A stretch of 42,167 nt of DNA, taken from positions 1 through 42,167 of IMG/VR virus record IMGVR_UViG_3300033067_000811; one strand, 5' to 3'. A program made the position numbers and the translations under genes. The notes under the pieces were generated by a model. It had not been told where the DNA came from, made no database searches, and saw only the letters and a program-made list of their open reading frames with translations. The first letter of the stretch is position 1. Every line of letters begins with the position of its first letter. Source of the DNA: a virus. Its lineage: Duplodnaviria > Caudoviricetes. Shown here piece by piece: positions 16,461-26,512 of this stretch.

Positions 16461-16803
16461 TGAGCGGTTCCTTGCCGCTGTTGACCGCGAGGGTGATCAT
16501 GAGATTGGAGCAGGAACTAGCCCCATGACCACTGACCGCATCACCATTCCGCCCGAGGCCATGGATAAGGCTGCGATTGAACTTTATGTCGCTGAGAGCG
16601 GTGTGTTGCCATCAACGGCGCGCGCTCAATGGCACAACGGCCTTGTCCCGGTATGGACGAAGGAAGGATACCGCAACATGGCTCGTCTCTCCCTCCAAGC
16701 CGCGCTCACCGCATGGCCGGGGAGAGCGGAGGTAGACCACTGGCACAAAGGCGAAACGGCGCTTTACCTCTATCTCCCCCTCCCGCAGGAGAAGAACACA
16801 TGA
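16441..16803 (+). CDS. Hypothetical protein
   Basis: GGAG SD before ATG 16441. An alternative start exists at 16525. Confidence 0.6.
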   Translation: MKLNINDERFLAAVDREGDHEIGAGTSPMTTDRITIPPEAMDKAAIELYVAESGVLPSTARAQWHNGLVPVWTKEGYRNMARLSLQAALTAWPGRAEVDHWHKGETALYLYLPLPQEKNT

Positions 16804-17018
16804 TGTATAAACTGTGGCATTGGTTGTTTGGATGGGACTACGTGTGCTGGTCAAACATTTGTGACCAAGGCATCGCGCGGGTGATGGTCTCGCATACCAG
16901 ACAGGTCTGGTATTGGCAGTACAAGTCGAGTTGTCTCGCCAAACGCATTTCAGATCCGGGTGAGATCTTGTGGCTCACTTGCCATCCGTCAAAATATTTT
17001 CCGATAGGTAACACATGA
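16800..17018 (+). CDS. Trp-rich hypothetical protein
   Basis: ATGA coupling, GGAG SD. Confidence 0.65.
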   Translation: MMYKLWHWLFGWDYVCWSNICDQGIARVMVSHTRQVWYWQYKSSCLAKRISDPGEILWLTCHPSKYFPIGNT

Positions 17019-17101
17019 CCTCCGCCGTCTTTCTGCTTGCCGCTTTGGCGATTTGCATAATCGGACTCATTTCAGAACTCGCGTATAGGAGGCGTCTTTG
17101 A
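17015..17101 (+). CDS. 28-aa single-TM peptide
   Basis: MTSAVFLLAALAICIIGLISELAYRRRL, ATGA-coupled. Confidence 0.4.
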   Translation: MTSAVFLLAALAICIIGLISELAYRRRL

Positions 17102-17195
17102 CTGACCCCGTCTCCAATCCCGACTGCCTATATTTTTGGGTTTCAAAACGGCGCGGATGATGTAGCCGCCGCCATCCGCGCGCTGATGAGCGATC

Positions 17196-17606
17196 CTAAG
17201 CCCCCCGCCTGAACACCAAAGGCCCCGCCCCCACCATGGCCCCGATCAAGAGATAGGCCCAATCCACGTCGGCCATGGGTGCCGGCCACGCCCGCCCGGT
17301 GATGACCTCGAAAGCCGAGGTGCCCACCTGATACCAGAGAAGCACCGAGACTTGAAGGAACAGGGTCGCCGCCCAGGCCCGTTGTAGGATGGGCGAGGCT
17401 TTCACCATGTCGCCGGTGCTCGCCGCGATCTTGGCCGAGGCATCGGCCCACGCCGTTTCGATGTCCTTGGCGGCATCCTCCGCGGCGATCTTCACCCGGC
17501 TCTCAAACTCGGCCTTGCTGATTTCCTTCTTGAAATAGGAATCGGCAACGCCGAGGAGCTTGTCCACGAAACCGCCGGTGAGCCAGCTTAGGAGCGTCCC
17601 GAGCAT
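17196..17606 (-). CDS. Holin-like membrane protein
   Basis: N-terminal amphipathic helix, coiled segment, two C-terminal TM helices. TGATG coupling. Last gene of the lysis cassette. Confidence 0.6.
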   Translation of the reverse strand: MLGTLLSWLTGGFVDKLLGVADSYFKKEISKAEFESRVKIAAEDAAKDIETAWADASAKIAASTGDMVKASPILQRAWAATLFLQVSVLLWYQVGTSAFEVITGRAWPAPMADVDWAYLLIGAMVGAGPLVFRRGA

Positions 17607-17824
17607 CACGCGGCCGGCGGCGTCTTGTTCTGATCGACCACCCGCCCGGCGATGCCGGCAATGGCGATCGCGCACACGATGGCGAGCCCCCATTCCTTGG
17701 GCACATATGCCTTGAGATCGGCGGGGAGGCTCACCCAAACCATAGGAAGGGCGGCGAGGGCGGCGAGGGCCTGGACGGAAAACCACCGCCACGCGGAACG
17801 CCAATCGGGAACGAGTCTGAACAT
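17606..17824 (-). CDS. Holin (2 TM)
   Basis: LVPDWRSAWRWFSVQALA...GRVVDQ, directly downstream of the endolysin. Confidence 0.75.
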   Translation of the reverse strand: MFRLVPDWRSAWRWFSVQALAALAALPMVWVSLPADLKAYVPKEWGLAIVCAIAIAGIAGRVVDQNKTPPAA

Positions 17825-17828
17825 GGTC

Positions 17829-18560
17829 CTAACCTTTCATAATCCACGCGAGGAGAGCGGCGACGAGGGCGGCGGCCGCGGCGAGAACGTAGCCGGCGAT
17901 CGAGGAGGCTGCATTTGCCGGGGCTGGCGTGGCCGCTGGCGGCGTTTCCGGGGCCGGGGGCGGCATAGGTGCGGGCGGGGGCTCGGCGGGCGCTGGCGCG
18001 GCCACGAGATCGGCGGCAAGCGCCTTCTGGAACTTGTCCGCATGGCGGGCGATTTCGTCGGCCTTGTCCATGCCGTTGACCACCCGGCGCATGTCGCGGA
18101 ACGCCTCGAAATCGCCCATGCGCTTCCCGGTGAACCATCCGTTTTTCATGCCGTCCACGATGACGGCGGCGGCGATGTCGGGATCGAGCGCGAGATCGGG
18201 ATTGGCCACGAGGTCGCGCCCGGTGAGGAGCGAGGCTTTCTGATAGTTGCGGCGGCCCGTGATCTGCACATAGCCGCGCCCCATGTAGCGCTTGCCGTCG
18301 CCCATGACAGTGTTGCCGAGGTCTTTGCGGCCCTCGTAACCGCGCTGTGCCTCGGTAGGCCCCCATATCTCGCGGCGCGGCGTCATGTGGAGCGGCGAGG
18401 AGGCCGGGCCGCTCTCGTGCCATGCCGTCGCCAGCACATAGGCGCGATGGCGGAGCGGCAAGCCTTCCGTGGCCTTGAGGAGGGTGTTGATCCCCTCCAC
18501 CTGATTTGCGGTGAGGGGGCCGAAGGCGGCGCGGAGGGAATCGAAAAACGCTTTACTCAC
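17829..18560 (-). CDS. Endolysin, GH19 chitinase-like, with Pro-rich linker and C-terminal hydrophobic helix
   Basis: AYVLATAWHES, DGKRYMGRGYVQITGRRNY, RRVVNG. Confidence 0.9.
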   Translation of the reverse strand: MSKAFFDSLRAAFGPLTANQVEGINTLLKATEGLPLRHRAYVLATAWHESGPASSPLHMTPRREIWGPTEAQRGYEGRKDLGNTVMGDGKRYMGRGYVQITGRRNYQKASLLTGRDLVANPDLALDPDIAAAVIVDGMKNGWFTGKRMGDFEAFRDMRRVVNGMDKADEIARHADKFQKALAADLVAAPAPAEPPPAPMPPPAPETPPAATPAPANAASSIAGYVLAAAAALVAALLAWIMKG

Positions 18561-18568
18561 GGGATCAC

Positions 18569-18994
18569 CTACTGTTGCGGGGCCTCGCCGGGATCGGTGG
18601 CCTCGGGGAATTTGCCGATGGTGGCGGTGCGCGGTGGAAGGCGGTTTTCAATGGTGGTCTGCAATCGGATGATCGAACCATTGATGCCGCCGATCTGCGC
18701 ATTCAAGTCCTTGAGGGAACCGCCGAGGTCGGTGAAACGCTTCTCGATCGCGGTGGCGAATTCCGCCCGCGTCTGATCCGAGAAGGTGATCCGCGACTCG
18801 TGGTCCTGAATCTGCGAAGCCTGCTTGGCGAGGATATCCTCCACCGCCTGGAGCCTGCGCTCCTGGTTGCTCCACATTTCGGAGCCGGCCCACCAAAAGA
18901 AGGCGATGAGAACGGGCGTCACGATCATGGCGATGCGCGCAACCATGATGGTCACGAAATTATTGACGAACCGCTCGCTGACCGCGCTCACCAT
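18569..18994 (-). CDS. Single-TM coiled-coil protein in the lysis region
   Basis: TM IAMIVTPVLIAFFWWAG then coiled coil. GGGAGG SD. Confidence 0.7.
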   Translation of the reverse strand: MVSAVSERFVNNFVTIMVARIAMIVTPVLIAFFWWAGSEMWSNQERRLQAVEDILAKQASQIQDHESRITFSDQTRAEFATAIEKRFTDLGGSLKDLNAQIGGINGSIIRLQTTIENRLPPRTATIGKFPEATDPGEAPQQ

Positions 18995-19004
18995 GCCGCC
19001 CTCC

Positions 19005-20057
19005 CTAGCCATACCAGCCCCGGCCCCACAGGGTGAGCAACCGGGTGAAATAATCCTCATACTGCTTGCCGACGGTGGCGAGGCCGTATCGTGCGACGGC
19101 GGAGCGGCGGATGGCGGCGCGATCGAGGCCGGCAACGTCCTGTGCGGCGCGCATGAACTCCGCGAAATTCCGGCACCGGAACCCGTTGAACCCGTCAACC
19201 ACCGTCTCGGTGAACACGCCCCAATCGGTGGTGATGACAGGGGTGCCGCACGCCATGGCCTCGACGTGGACATTTCCGAAGGGCTCAACGTAGAGCGTGG
19301 GCACGAACAGCGCGCGCGCCCGCGACATGAGGCGGCCCCTCTCCTCGGGGCCCACAACGCCGCGATAATCGCAGCCCTCGGGCGGCGTGCCCTGCCCCGC
19401 CACCACGAGGCGGGAACCCATGGCCTTGCAGACCTCGGCGGCGATGGCGTAGCCCTTGCGATCGATGAGGCGGCCGACGAACAGGAAATAGTCCTCGGGC
19501 TCGGCCGCCGGGAATTGCGCGGGATCGAGATAGCCGGGGATCACCTCATCCCACCATGAGCCATCCGCGTCATGGGGGCGGCCCATGGTTTGCGCGCCAT
19601 AAACCGTGTGCATCCATGCGTAGGATTCAAACACCCGATATTTCGAGAAGGTGCCGCCGTAGCCGACGCCGAACTCCACCGCCATCATGGCCGGGAGCGC
19701 ATCGGCAATCGGTTTCTGTGCCGCGCCGCCGATGACGCACAGGAAATCACGGGGGTGCGCCCTCACCGCGATTTGCGAGGCCATCATGTGGTTGGCCGCG
19801 ATCCAGAACGGGAGGGCGCTATCGAAGGGGGCCGCCGTGAAATGCCCCTCCCCCACATGCTCGGCGCGCATCGCCTCGAGAATGCAGGAAATGAACTCGG
19901 TGCAAGGCGCCTCGTTTTCATCGCCGCCGTAGAGAAACACCTCGTGGCCGCGGTCCATCATCATGCGGCAAAAATTGATGACCTTGGCGGTATAGGCGCA
20001 ACTCAAGAATGCCGTGGTGGTCTTGGTGTGCGGGAGGGCTGTAACGTGGAAGCGCAT
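19005..20057 (-). CDS. Glycosyltransferase family 4 (GT-B)
   Basis: RGHEV, LFVGRLIDRKG, EPFGNVHVEAMACGTPVITTD (E-x7-E motif), ETVVDGFNGF. TAATG-coupled to the upstream tail gene. Confidence 0.93.
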   Translation of the reverse strand: MRFHVTALPHTKTTTAFLSCAYTAKVINFCRMMMDRGHEVFLYGGDENEAPCTEFISCILEAMRAEHVGEGHFTAAPFDSALPFWIAANHMMASQIAVRAHPRDFLCVIGGAAQKPIADALPAMMAVEFGVGYGGTFSKYRVFESYAWMHTVYGAQTMGRPHDADGSWWDEVIPGYLDPAQFPAAEPEDYFLFVGRLIDRKGYAIAAEVCKAMGSRLVVAGQGTPPEGCDYRGVVGPEERGRLMSRARALFVPTLYVEPFGNVHVEAMACGTPVITTDWGVFTETVVDGFNGFRCRNFAEFMRAAQDVAGLDRAAIRRSAVARYGLATVGKQYEDYFTRLLTLWGRGWYG

Positions 20058-20488
20058 TAGAGCTTGCTCGCCGCAAGGAAAAACCCGTCGCGCTGTTCCT
20101 CGGTGAAGCCGAAAGCCTCGGCCGCGGCGATGAACATCGGATCATCGCGCCGGAACTCGATGGCATACTCGAAAGTGACGCCGATGGCGCGCGGCTGCGA
20201 TTTCACCCAGGATTCCACCGTGTCGAGGAGGCCCATGGCGTCGAGTTGAAGCCGGAACTGGCGCGGCGTCACCGTCGTGACCGGCGGCGGCGGGGGCTCA
20301 TCCATCACCCACGGCACGATGATATAACCGGCATAGTCAATGCCCGCCTCGGGGGCGTGCACCGTGTCGCCGTTGGGGAGGCGAATGGGGTTTGGGAGGT
20401 CGATCATGGCCCCCCACATGCCGCCCCACGAGGCAACCACGTTGCCGGTTTCGGTCTCGATGAGCTTATAGCCGACGGTCATCTGCAT
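20057..20488 (-). CDS. Tail-fibre assembly/chaperone-like protein
   Basis: C-terminal VTPRQFRLQL...FEYAIEFRRDDP...DGFFLAASKL, typical of genes following fibre genes. Confidence 0.65.
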   Translation of the reverse strand: MQMTVGYKLIETETGNVVASWGGMWGAMIDLPNPIRLPNGDTVHAPEAGIDYAGYIIVPWVMDEPPPPPVTTVTPRQFRLQLDAMGLLDTVESWVKSQPRAIGVTFEYAIEFRRDDPMFIAAAEAFGFTEEQRDGFFLAASKL

Positions 20489-20491
20489 GGA

Positions 20492-21643
20492 TCACATTCC
20501 GAGCATGGGCATATTGGTTGAGAACACCGAGGCGGTGAGCGGGGTGTAGGTGATGAGGATCACGCCCTGTATTCCGGCGCCCGAGGTCGCGTTGCCGCCC
20601 GCTGATTTGGTATTTGCACCACCGCCGCCGCCGCCATAACTGCCGCCATCACCACCCTGCGAGGCCCCGGTCGAGGTATTGTTGGCCGCACCACCGCCGC
20701 CGCCAGAACCGATCGAGGTCATGTCGGTGCCGTTGCCGCCCGCCGTGCCGGTCGCCGTCGAGGCCGTGCCGAGCACTTGGCCGGTGCCCGCCGAACCACC
20801 CGAGCCGTTGCCGCCCTGCCCGCCGTTGGTGCCCTGGTTGGTGTTGGTGGTCGCGGTGCCGGCCGCGCCCGCGCCATTGGGGCCGCCAGCACCGCCGCCG
20901 CCCGTGTTGCCGTCGTTGTGGGTGATGGTGCCGCCGGCACCTCCCGCCGATCCCGTGCCGCCCGATCCGCCCGTGCCGCCGGCGGGGGGAGTCGGGTTTG
21001 ATCCGTTGAGGATCGTGCCGCCCAAGCCCTTGGTGCACACCATGGCGGTGGTGTCGAGGGTGGTGTTGGCCCCGTCATTGCCGGCCGTTATGCCCGCCGT
21101 CGAGCGCGAGACGGCCGTGCCACCGCTGCCGATCGTGTAATTGATGGTGCCGCCGGCCGAGTAGTTGGTGAGCTTGCGATATTCACCGGCCGATCCGCCC
21201 GTGCCGCGGTTGCCATTCTGCTTCGCGCCGCACGAGCCCGAACCACCGCCAGCAATGCCCTCGAAGGTGTTGGCCGAATTGTTCCAATCCGCCGGGCGCG
21301 ATTGCGAGGTGCCCGAGGTGATGGTGATGGTGGCGGCGATGAGGAAGGTGGCCCCTTCCCCGAAATCCGGGCAATAGGCCGGAACCGGCAAGCGCCACAG
21401 GGAAGGCTCATGGTGGAGCGTGCCGGCGGCGATCGCCCACATGAAGGCATCGGCGTCATCCCGATCCGCGAAGGTGCCGCGCCAGCGCACATGGCCATCG
21501 GCAAGACGCGCGGTGATGTGCCAGCGCCTTTCGATCGGCGCATGGCCGAACACGCTTTTGCGCTCGGCCACCGAGGGCGGCATCCACATCTTGCGCGCCA
21601 CCGGGAGGAGGAAGCGCGATTCATATGGCCGCAAGATCATCAT
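20492..21643 (-). CDS. Glycine-rich adhesin / fibre-tip protein
   Basis: Many GGGG/GG.GG runs, ending GVILITY. ATGA overlap with the collagen gene. Confidence 0.75.
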   Translation of the reverse strand: MMILRPYESRFLLPVARKMWMPPSVAERKSVFGHAPIERRWHITARLADGHVRWRGTFADRDDADAFMWAIAAGTLHHEPSLWRLPVPAYCPDFGEGATFLIAATITITSGTSQSRPADWNNSANTFEGIAGGGSGSCGAKQNGNRGTGGSAGEYRKLTNYSAGGTINYTIGSGGTAVSRSTAGITAGNDGANTTLDTTAMVCTKGLGGTILNGSNPTPPAGGTGGSGGTGSAGGAGGTITHNDGNTGGGGAGGPNGAGAAGTATTNTNQGTNGGQGGNGSGGSAGTGQVLGTASTATGTAGGNGTDMTSIGSGGGGGAANNTSTGASQGGDGGSYGGGGGGANTKSAGGNATSGAGIQGVILITYTPLTASVFSTNMPMLGM

Positions 21644-23649
21644 TGCAGCGCGTACCAAGAATAGGTGGAAACGCCGTTGATGCGGCGGATGGAGAGCAAG
21701 AACTTGTTGCCGCTCGTGGTGTTGTAGGTCGAGCCGGTAGCCGATCCCACCGTGTAGGAGCCCGAGATCGTGATCGTGCCGGCGCTCGCGCCATTGCTGA
21801 TGAGGATGTCGATCGCGCAATCACTGGCCGGCACGGCGAGGGTGTGCGCGCCGTTGTTGGTGTAATACTGATAGTTTCCGTTGGCAGGATCGGGCGTCAC
21901 CGTGCCGCTCGAAACCGTGCCGCCGCTGTAGGGCGTGACGGCGAACCCCTTGGTGAGCGTCTTGGATTCCGCCGTCGAGAGAAGGTCGCCCGACGTGCCG
22001 GGAAGGTTGACCGCGGCATCCGCTGCAAGCGCGGTGGGGGCCGAGAGCGTCACCTTGTTGGCACCGTTGTTGGTGGCCTCAAGGAAGGTGGCGTTGGCGG
22101 CCACCGTCGTGGTGGGCGCGGTATAGTTGGAGGGCCCGGTTGCGCCCGTCGGCCCCGTGGGGCCGGTCGGTCCCGTCACGCCCACGGGTCCCGTGGCGCC
22201 GGTGACGCCAACCGGACCCGTCGCACCCGTCACACCCACCGGCCCGGTGGCACCCACCGGCCCCGTCGGTCCCGTGACGCCGACGGGCCCCGTCGCCCCG
22301 GTCGCACCCGTCACCCCAGGCTGACCGGCCGCCGCGATGTTCCAATCCGCGAGCGTGCCCGATCCGCCGATAAGGTCAACGTTGACGGTGAGCGTGGTGC
22401 TCGTGAAAGCGGTGATCGCGCCTTCCATGAAATTGGCGCTGTTCGCCGCCGAGGCAAGGCGCACCCGCTGGCCGATCGCAAAGGCCGTGGCGGTGGCCGC
22501 AAGGTTGGTGGTGAAGGCTTTCGAGCCGGTGCCGATCGCCGTTGAGGTGGCACTCGTAAGGCCGGCATAGCCCAGCCCCGTGGCCCCGGTCGGTCCCGTT
22601 GCACCGACGGGGCCGGTTGCACCCGTGACCCCCACCGGGCCCGTGGCCCCTGTGACGCCAACGGGGCCGGTTGCGCCGGTGACGCCGATGGGCCCGGTGG
22701 CACCTACAGGCCCCGTTGCCCCGGTGACGCCGGCACCCGTCGGCCCGGTCGATCCTGCCGGCCCGGTCGCGCCCGTGGCCCCCTTCTCAACCCACAAATC
22801 CCACTCGGTGGCAACGCCGGGCACCTTGTTGGTGCTGGAGGCGTTGGCGATCCAAGACGAGCCATTGTACTGGACGCCATCCCCGATCGCGTAGGTGGTG
22901 CCGGAATTCCAGACACCTTTCCACGAGACGCCCGAGCCCGGCGCACCGCTCGGGCCCGTGACGCCGGTGGGGCCGGTGGCGCCTGTTACGCCTTGTGGCC
23001 CCGTCGCACCCGTGACGCCGGCACCCGTTGCGCCCGTCGCCCCGGCGGGGCCCGTGGGGCCGGTGGGCCCGGTCGCGCCGATGCCGCCCTTGACGTTGCC
23101 GATCAACACCCAGGAACCGGCTTGCTTCTCGTAGAGGTCATAACCGGGGATGACAATATAAAGATCACCGTCCTTGCCATCGCCGGAACTGACGCCAGCA
23201 CCCGCGCCGATGCCGGTGCCGGTCGGCCCCGTGGCCCCGGTCGGTCCCGTCGCCCCTGTGGGGCCGGTTGCCCCCGTGACCCCCGCGCCTGTCGCCCCGG
23301 CGGGGCCCGTCGGTCCCGTGACTCCGGTGGGGCCAGCGGCACCCGTTGCCCCAGCCGGCCCGGTTGCCCCCGTGACGCCGGTGGGGCCTGTTGCGCCGAC
23401 GGGGCCCGTTGCACCCGTCACGCCCGCGCCCGTGGCACCGGCGGGGCCGGTTGCACCTGTGGCCCCCACCGGGCCCGTGGCCCCTGTCGCACCTTGCGGC
23501 CCCGTCGCCCCGGCGGGGCCCGTCGGCCCGGTCGGTCCCGTTGCACCCGTCGGCCCGCCCGCGGGGCCGGTTGCGCCCATCGGCCCGGCCTCGATCACCT
23601 CGATAACGAGGGTGTCGTCGGTGATGACCTCGACGGTATCGTTAGACAT
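21640..23649 (-). CDS. Collagen-like tail fibre (G-X-T rich) with interspersed globular domains
   Basis: Four G-X-Y blocks dominated by [12 protein letters not shown]5/12-like insert [20 protein letters not shown]. Confidence 0.88.
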   Translation of the reverse strand: MSNDTVEVITDDTLVIEVIEAGPMGATGPAGGPTGATGPTGPTGPAGATGPQGATGATGPVGATGATGPAGATGAGVTGATGPVGATGPTGVTGATGPAGATGAAGPTGVTGPTGPAGATGAGVTGATGPTGATGPTGATGPTGTGIGAGAGVSSGDGKDGDLYIVIPGYDLYEKQAGSWVLIGNVKGGIGATGPTGPTGPAGATGATGAGVTGATGPQGVTGATGPTGVTGPSGAPGSGVSWKGVWNSGTTYAIGDGVQYNGSSWIANASSTNKVPGVATEWDLWVEKGATGATGPAGSTGPTGAGVTGATGPVGATGPIGVTGATGPVGVTGATGPVGVTGATGPVGATGPTGATGLGYAGLTSATSTAIGTGSKAFTTNLAATATAFAIGQRVRLASAANSANFMEGAITAFTSTTLTVNVDLIGGSGTLADWNIAAAGQPGVTGATGATGPVGVTGPTGPVGATGPVGVTGATGPVGVTGATGPVGVTGPTGPTGPTGATGPSNYTAPTTTVAANATFLEATNNGANKVTLSAPTALAADAAVNLPGTSGDLLSTAESKTLTKGFAVTPYSGGTVSSGTVTPDPANGNYQYYTNNGAHTLAVPASDCAIDILISNGASAGTITISGSYTVGSATGSTYNTTSGNKFLLSIRRINGVSTYSWYALQ

Positions 23650-24010
23650 CGGGATTGTCTCCCCCCTCACCGATGAGGTTGCCCATGAGGATCACCTCCT
23701 CGCGGCCGGCGTTGTCGCGCTGAATCTCGTAATGGGTGAGCGGGCCCTCGGGCAGGGTGCGCGATTGCGCCACCGTTAGCTGTATGGTCGCCCTGGCATC
23801 CGTCACCGCCTCGTCATCCGAGAGCGTGATGCCGCTGCCCACCCCGAGCGTCACCGATCCCGAGGCGGTGGTGAAGCGGAACTTGAGGGAGGAGTCGAGC
23901 GAGACGAGCGTGCCACCCGTGCCGCCAGCCCGATAGCGGAACACGATCGGATCGGGCGCGCCGATATGGATGTAAAAGTCTCTGACCGGCGTGGCATAGA
24001 TGCTTGACAT
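23642..24010 (-). CDS. Fibre-anchoring/baseplate accessory protein
   Basis: Beta-rich, LT..QSRTLP...YEIQ...G pattern. Overlaps the fibre start. Confidence 0.6.
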   Translation of the reverse strand: MSSIYATPVRDFYIHIGAPDPIVFRYRAGGTGGTLVSLDSSLKFRFTTASGSVTLGVGSGITLSDDEAVTDARATIQLTVAQSRTLPEGPLTHYEIQRDNAGREEVILMGNLIGEGGDNPDV

Positions 24011-24095
24011 GGCGGGCGCATGATACCCCGATTAGCCACCACGCGCCACGCCTACTTGGTACTAAATAAGCGCAATATTGAGCACTTGCCCCGGT

Positions 24096-24719
24096 CTAGT
24101 CGGCCGATGCGAACTCGCGGCGGCGGAACATCCACACCTTGCCGGCCGTGATGTTGCCCGACGAGAACGCCACCCGCGCGCGCAAGAGCTTTTGCGTGGT
24201 GCTGTTATATGCGGTGGTGTCATAGCCGAGGGTGAACGTGGCATCCGAGTAGCCCATCCCGTTGACCATGTGCGATCTCGCGTTGAGACGCGGCATGATG
24301 ATCGTGCAGTCATAGCCGAACAGCGTTCCAACGCTCGATGCGTCATTGGTGTAGGCGAGGCGGCGATAGGCGCCGGTGGTGGCGAAATAGGCATCGAGGT
24401 TGAGGCGCACCGTGGCGCCGGCATCGCACGTCATGCCGAGCGCGACGATCCGATATTCCCACCCATCGGCAAAATCCGCCGTGATGACGCTGGCCACCGT
24501 GCCCCCGGTGGAGGAATCATAGATCAACCCCTGCTTCCCGTCGCCCACCGTCACCTTGTCAACGGGGTGCCATGCGGAGGCGATGACCGGGGAACCGGAA
24601 GCCTGTTCCGCCATGGCGATCGGGTTGTCGCGCAAGGCGGTGACGGTGGCGCTCGACGGGATGGCGCCCACCGCGAGGGCCGCATTCGAGATCGTGGAAT
24701 AAGTTGTCATTAGAGCCAC
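24096..24719 (-). CDS. Tail tip/baseplate protein
   Basis: ALRDNPIAMAE N-terminal motif, follows the hub gene. Confidence 0.65.
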   Translation of the reverse strand: MALMTTYSTISNAALAVGAIPSSATVTALRDNPIAMAEQASGSPVIASAWHPVDKVTVGDGKQGLIYDSSTGGTVASVITADFADGWEYRIVALGMTCDAGATVRLNLDAYFATTGAYRRLAYTNDASSVGTLFGYDCTIIMPRLNARSHMVNGMGYSDATFTLGYDTTAYNSTTQKLLRARVAFSSGNITAGKVWMFRRREFASAD

Positions 24720-26512
24720 CTATAGGGTTGTTCCGTGCCGCCCGAGTCCTTGCCGTCATTGTCGAGCCACACATAGGGTTGCGGGTTGCCCGAGAGGTCG
24801 TTGCCGCTGCTGTCGAGCCATGACCATATCGTGCCGCCCTTCTCGTTGTCCTCGGCGGTGAACCGATAGGTGAGACCGTTGCGCGAGACCTCGGCGGAGG
24901 TGATGAGCCAGTTGCCATCGCGCGCCGCCCCGGTGAAATCCACGTCGAGGAAATGCCGGATCGTCACAACCGAGCCGGTCCATATCGACCCTGCATCCTT
25001 GGCCGAAATCTCGAATGTGGCCTCGCGCCTCACGTCCGAGAAGCGGTCGAGATAGGATTGCGCCAGCACGTTGGCGATCGCCTGTGTGGGGATGAAGCGG
25101 CAAAATAGCTCGCGCACCTGGGGCTCGCCGCCATATTGCACCTGTTTGTCAACGTCGATGTAGGCGGCAACGCGGGAATAGTTGGTCTTTTCGGTGACGC
25201 TCGGAACCGGGCTTCGCTGCAAATAGTAGACATGCGCCTGTGAGGCGCGCTGTTCCGGCAATTCGTTGATCGAGAAGGAACCCGCCACGATCGCATCATC
25301 ATCGGTGAGGAGATAGGGCGACTCCTCGGGGCGCACCGCGCGAAGCACAATCGTTTGGTTGCGCTCGTCCCACCACACATTGGCGATCGCCTGTAGGCAC
25401 ACCTCGCCGGCAAGCTGGTCAACGGCGGTGGGCTCGACAATGAAACAGGTGAAATTGTAGTCCGGCCGATAGGTGGTCTTTTCGAGCGCCCACGCGGTGA
25501 GGTCAATATATTTCTCGGGGATGCCGCCCCACGTCACGAACAGGTCATAGATGATTTCATGGAACGGCACCGCGTTGTAGTAGATCGCGCGCTGCACCCG
25601 GTCATTCTGGCTATGCGCATCCGCCGTGGTGCCTGATAGGCCGCGCGTCATGCCGCCGAAATAGAGGTTGCTGGAGTCGGTCTCATACACTTGCGTGTAC
25701 TGGATCAATTCCGAACCGATCTTGACATAGCCGGCGGAAGGATAATCCGCGAGCACCGCCCCGGCCACGAGCATGGTTGTGGCGGAGTTGGTGATGTCGG
25801 CCGCAAGCTCGCCGCGCGAGACGTAAGGCGCGGTGATGGCGGTGTCCGTCACCTTGCGGAGGATGTCCTTCGCGGTGATCCGCACCCCGTCCTTGCCAAA
25901 ATCGATCTTCTCGATGACGTATTCCCGCTTGGTCATGGCGGAAAGGGCTTGGCCGATCTCGCCCTCGTAGATGTTGAGGGTATAGCCCACATGATAGGGG
26001 TTGCGGGCGAGCCATTTTGTCCAGAATGAACCCTGTTGCGCGGGATCATAGGCGCGCGAGGCGAGATAGGGATCGGTCCCTATGTCATTCCACGGGAAGT
26101 CTCGAATCTGGACGCTGCACACGGCACGATAGCCCAAGGGCGACTTGTCCTTGGAACCCGAGGCGACGTTGAGCACGGTGGGCGCGGTCTGGTAGTTGAC
26201 GAGCGCCGGGATGGCGAGCGCCGGCTGGTAAAAGTAATCTATGAGGAATGCATCACTCGCCTCGGTGGTGAGCGTGTCGCCGGCCTCGGTCAAGAGGTTG
26301 ATGGCGTTGTCTTGCCAATCATAAACGTCATGGTGAACGAAGCGGAGCACCAATTCCTCGGAGAGGTCGAGGGCGGTTTCATAGGTGCATGTCCGGGCGG
26401 TGTTCCAGCATTTATCGCCGGTGGCGAGGCACGGCGAGGTGCCGAACACCCGCGAGCAAAGCGGCTGCACGATCTCCACGATTTCAAGGGGGCGCGCGGC
26501 GAACGTCATCAA
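24710..26512 (-). CDS. Baseplate hub / Tal-like tail protein
   Basis: 600 aa after Dit. N-terminal C..FG..PC...C..T..TC cluster, YVKIGSELIQY, RG..GT.A..H...D.V. Confidence 0.7.
   Translation of the reverse strand: MMTFAARPLEIVEIVQPLCSRVFGTSPCLATGDKCWNTARTCTYETALDLSEELVLRFVHHDVYDWQDNAINLLTEAGDTLTTEASDAFLIDYFYQPALAIPALVNYQTAPTVLNVASGSKDKSPLGYRAVCSVQIRDFPWNDIGTDPYLASRAYDPAQQGSFWTKWLARNPYHVGYTLNIYEGEIGQALSAMTKREYVIEKIDFGKDGVRITAKDILRKVTDTAITAPYVSRGELAADITNSATTMLVAGAVLADYPSAGYVKIGSELIQYTQVYETDSSNLYFGGMTRGLSGTTADAHSQNDRVQRAIYYNAVPFHEIIYDLFVTWGGIPEKYIDLTAWALEKTTYRPDYNFTCFIVEPTAVDQLAGEVCLQAIANVWWDERNQTIVLRAVRPEESPYLLTDDDAIVAGSFSINELPEQRASQAHVYYLQRSPVPSVTEKTNYSRVAAYIDVDKQVQYGGEPQVRELFCRFIPTQAIANVLAQSYLDRFSDVRREATFEISAKDAGSIWTGSVVTIRHFLDVDFTGAARDGNWLITSAEVSRNGLTYRFTAEDNEKGGTIWSWLDSSGNDLSGNPQPYVWLDNDGKDSGGTEQPYRWL

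Noticed and set aside
22130-23590. CRISPR array or DNA-level tandem repeat
   Set aside because: The 9-nt periodicity with wobble variation is explained by G-X-Y collagen coding. No spacers or cas genes.
22127-23779. Plus-strand PVAPVGP-repeat ORFs
   Set aside because: Antisense shadows of the collagen gene.
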